A stretch of 64,000 bases of DNA from Marsupella aquatica (Eukaryota > Plantae > Marchantiophyta), in assembly GCA_973895155.1 (NCBI GenBank), contig OZ316893.1:28364850-28428849 (forward strand), in the 5' to 3' direction. The position numbers and the translations under genes were made by a program. The notes below the pieces were generated by a model. It was not told the DNA's origin, searched no databases, and was given only the letters and a program-made list of their open reading frames with translations. Numbering within the stretch: position 1 is the first letter of the stretch; each line of letters opens with the position of its first letter. Below, one piece after another: positions 61,801 through 64,000 of this stretch.

Positions 61801-64000
61801 TAGCATTGGGGGTGTAACGAGCTGGGGGTGAGGGTGGGGGAGGGGTTCCATGGGGGTTGAGGGTGAGGGTGGCCCCCAGTTTTGGGGGTGCGTGCACATG
61901 GGGGCGTGTGCAACCCTAATTGAGCATTGGGGGTGTAACGAGCTGGGGGTGAGGGTGGGGGAGGGGTTCCATGGGGGTTGAGGGTGAGGGTGGCCCCCAG
62001 TTTTGGGGGTGCGTGCACATGGGGGCGTGTGCAACCCTACTGTAGCATTGGGGGTGTAACGAGCTGGGGGTGAGGGTGGGGGAGGGGTTCCATGGGGGTT
62101 GAGGGTGAGGGTGGCCCCCAGTTTTGGGGGTGCGTGCACATGGGGGCGTGTGCAACCCTATTGTAGCATTGGGGGTGTAACGAGCAGGGGGTGAGGGTGG
62201 GGGAGGGGTTCCATGGGGGTTGAGGGTGAGGGTGGCCCCCAGTTTTGGGGGTGCGTGCACATGGGGGCGTGTGCAACCCTAATTGAGCATTGGGGGTGTA
62301 ACGAGCTGGGGGTGAGGGTGGGGGAGGGGTTCCATGGGGGTTGAGGGTGAGGATGGCCCCCAGTTTTGGGGGTGCGTGCACATGGGGGCCTGTGCAACCC
62401 TACTGTAGCATTGGGGGTGTAACGAGCTGGGGGTGAGGGTGGGGGAGGGGTTCCATGGGGGTTGAGGGTGAGGGTGGCCCCCAGTTTTGGGGGTGCGTGC
62501 ACATGGGGGCGTGTGCAACCCTAATTGAGCATTGGGGGTGTAACGAGCTGGGGGTGAGGGTGGGGGAGGGGTTCCATGGGGGTTGAGGGTGAGGGGTGGC
62601 CCCCAGTTTTGGGGGTGCGTGCACATGGGGGCGTGTGCAACCCTAATTGAGCATTGGGGGTGTAACGAGCTGGGGGTGAGGGTGGGGGAGGGGTTCCATG
62701 GGGGTTGAGGGTGAGGGTGGCCCCCAGTTTTGGGGGTGCGTGCACATGGGGGCGTGTGCAACCCTACTGTAGCATTGGGGGTGTAACGAGCTGGGGGTGA
62801 GGGTGGGGGAGGGGTTCCATGGGGGTTGAGGGTGAGGGTGGCCCCCAGTTTTGGGGGTGCGTGCACATGGGGGCGTGTGCAACCCTAATTGAGCATTGGG
62901 GGTGTAACGAGCTGGGGGTGAGGGTGGGGGAGGGGTTCCATGGGGGTTGAGGGTGAGGGTGGCCCCCAGTTTTGGGGGTGCGTGCACATGGGGGCGTGTG
63001 CAACCCTACTGTAGCATTGGGGGTGTAACGAGCTGGGGGTGAGGGTGGGGGAGGGGTTCCATGGGGGTTGAGGGTGAGGGTGGCCCCCAGTTTTGGGGGT
63101 GCGTGCACATGGGGGCGTGTGCAACCCTACTGTAGCATTGGGGGTGTAACGAGCTGGGGGTGAGGGTGGGGGAGGGGTTCCATGGGGGTTGAGGGTGAGG
63201 GTGGCCCCCAGTTTTGGGGGTGCGTGCACATGGGGGCGTGTGCAACCCTAATTGAGCATTGGGGGTGTAACGAGCTGGGGGTGAGGGTGGGGGAGGGGTT
63301 CCATGGGGGTTGAGGGTGAGGGTGGCCCCTAGTTTTGGGGGTGCGTGCACATGGGGGCGTGTGCAACCCTACTGTAGCATTGGGGGTGTAACGAGCTGGG
63401 GGTGAGGGTGGGGGAGGGGTTCCATGGGGGTTGAGGGTGAGGGTGGCCCCCAGTTTTGGGGGTGCGTGCACATGGGGGCGTGTGCAACCCTAATTGAGCA
63501 TTGGGGGTGTAACGAGCTGGGGGTGAGGGTGGGGGAGGGGTTCCATGGGGGTTGAGGGTGAGGGTGGCCCCCAGTTTTGGGGGTGCGTGCACATGGGGGC
63601 GTGTGCAACCCTAATTGAGCATTGGGGGTGTAACGAGCTGGGGGTGAGGGTGGGGGAGGGGTTCCATGGGGGTTGAGGGTGAGGGTGGCCCCCAGTTTTG
63701 GGGGTGCGTGCACATGGGGGCGTGTGCAACCCTAATTGAGCATTGGGGGTGTAACGAGCTGGGGGTGAGGGTGGGGGAGGGGTTCCATGGGGGTTGAGGG
63801 TGAGGGTGGCCCCCAGTTTTGGGGGTGCGTGCACATGGGGGCGTGTGCAACCCTACTTGAGCATTGGGGGTGTAACGAGCTGGGGGACAGGGTGGGGAGG
63901 GGTTCCATGGGGGTTGAGGGTGAGGGTGGCCCCCAGTTTTGGGGGTGCGTGCACATGGGGGCGTGTGCAACCCTACTGTAGCATTGGGGGTGTAACGAGC
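43835..64000 (+). repeat. Satellite array: unit head (43835-~43990) followed by ~165 copies of the 121-bp G-rich monomer, running off the window
   Basis: 121-bp periodicity (ORF starts step by 121). Two main monomer types occur (CCCTAATTGAGC and CCCTACTGTAGC). The head is near-identical to 801-~990. Confidence 0.98.

Noticed and set aside
43890-63981. Over 150 Pro/His-rich 114-aa ORFs (also at 56-1459 and 20188-20503)
   Set aside because: They are translations of the C-rich strand of a 121-bp repeat. The period is not a multiple of 3 and indels are tolerated, so they are not extensin-like genes.
43990-64000. CRISPR-like array
   Set aside because: No unique spacers, no cas genes, and a eukaryotic context.

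Overview
Land-plant nuclear DNA: TTTAGGG telomere motifs, GT-AG introns and plant-type genes; a bryophyte-like lineage is a guess only. The window has four parts. (1) 1-1970 and 20214-20697: tandem ~919-bp composite units containing 121-bp G-rich satellite monomers. (2) 1971-20213: an apparently intact 18.2-kb CACTA/En-Spm transposon inserted in one monomer, with CACTAGAAGAA TIRs and a GTG target-site duplication. It encodes a spliced TnpD transposase and a spliced TnpA-like protein rich in GW/WG motifs. It also carries three intronless same-strand cargo ORFs: a Cys-rich zinc-finger-like protein, a stand-alone EDM2-like composite PHD module and a tandem Pol-lambda-type BRCT protein. Together these suggest a transposon-borne anti-silencing and repair-recruitment toolkit, which is the best candidate for a novel system. 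(3) 20.7-43.8 kb: minisatellites, a MITE and a decayed genic island (PI-PLC fragment, BTB fragment, truncated SMC2 pseudogene), ending in a C-free G-rich tract and a TTTAGGG run. (4) 43.8-64 kb: about 165 copies of the 121-bp satellite with 8-mer higher-order structure and a 12,837-bp-offset block duplication. The Pro/His-rich ORFs in the satellite are artefacts. Homologies were recognised by eye, not by database search.
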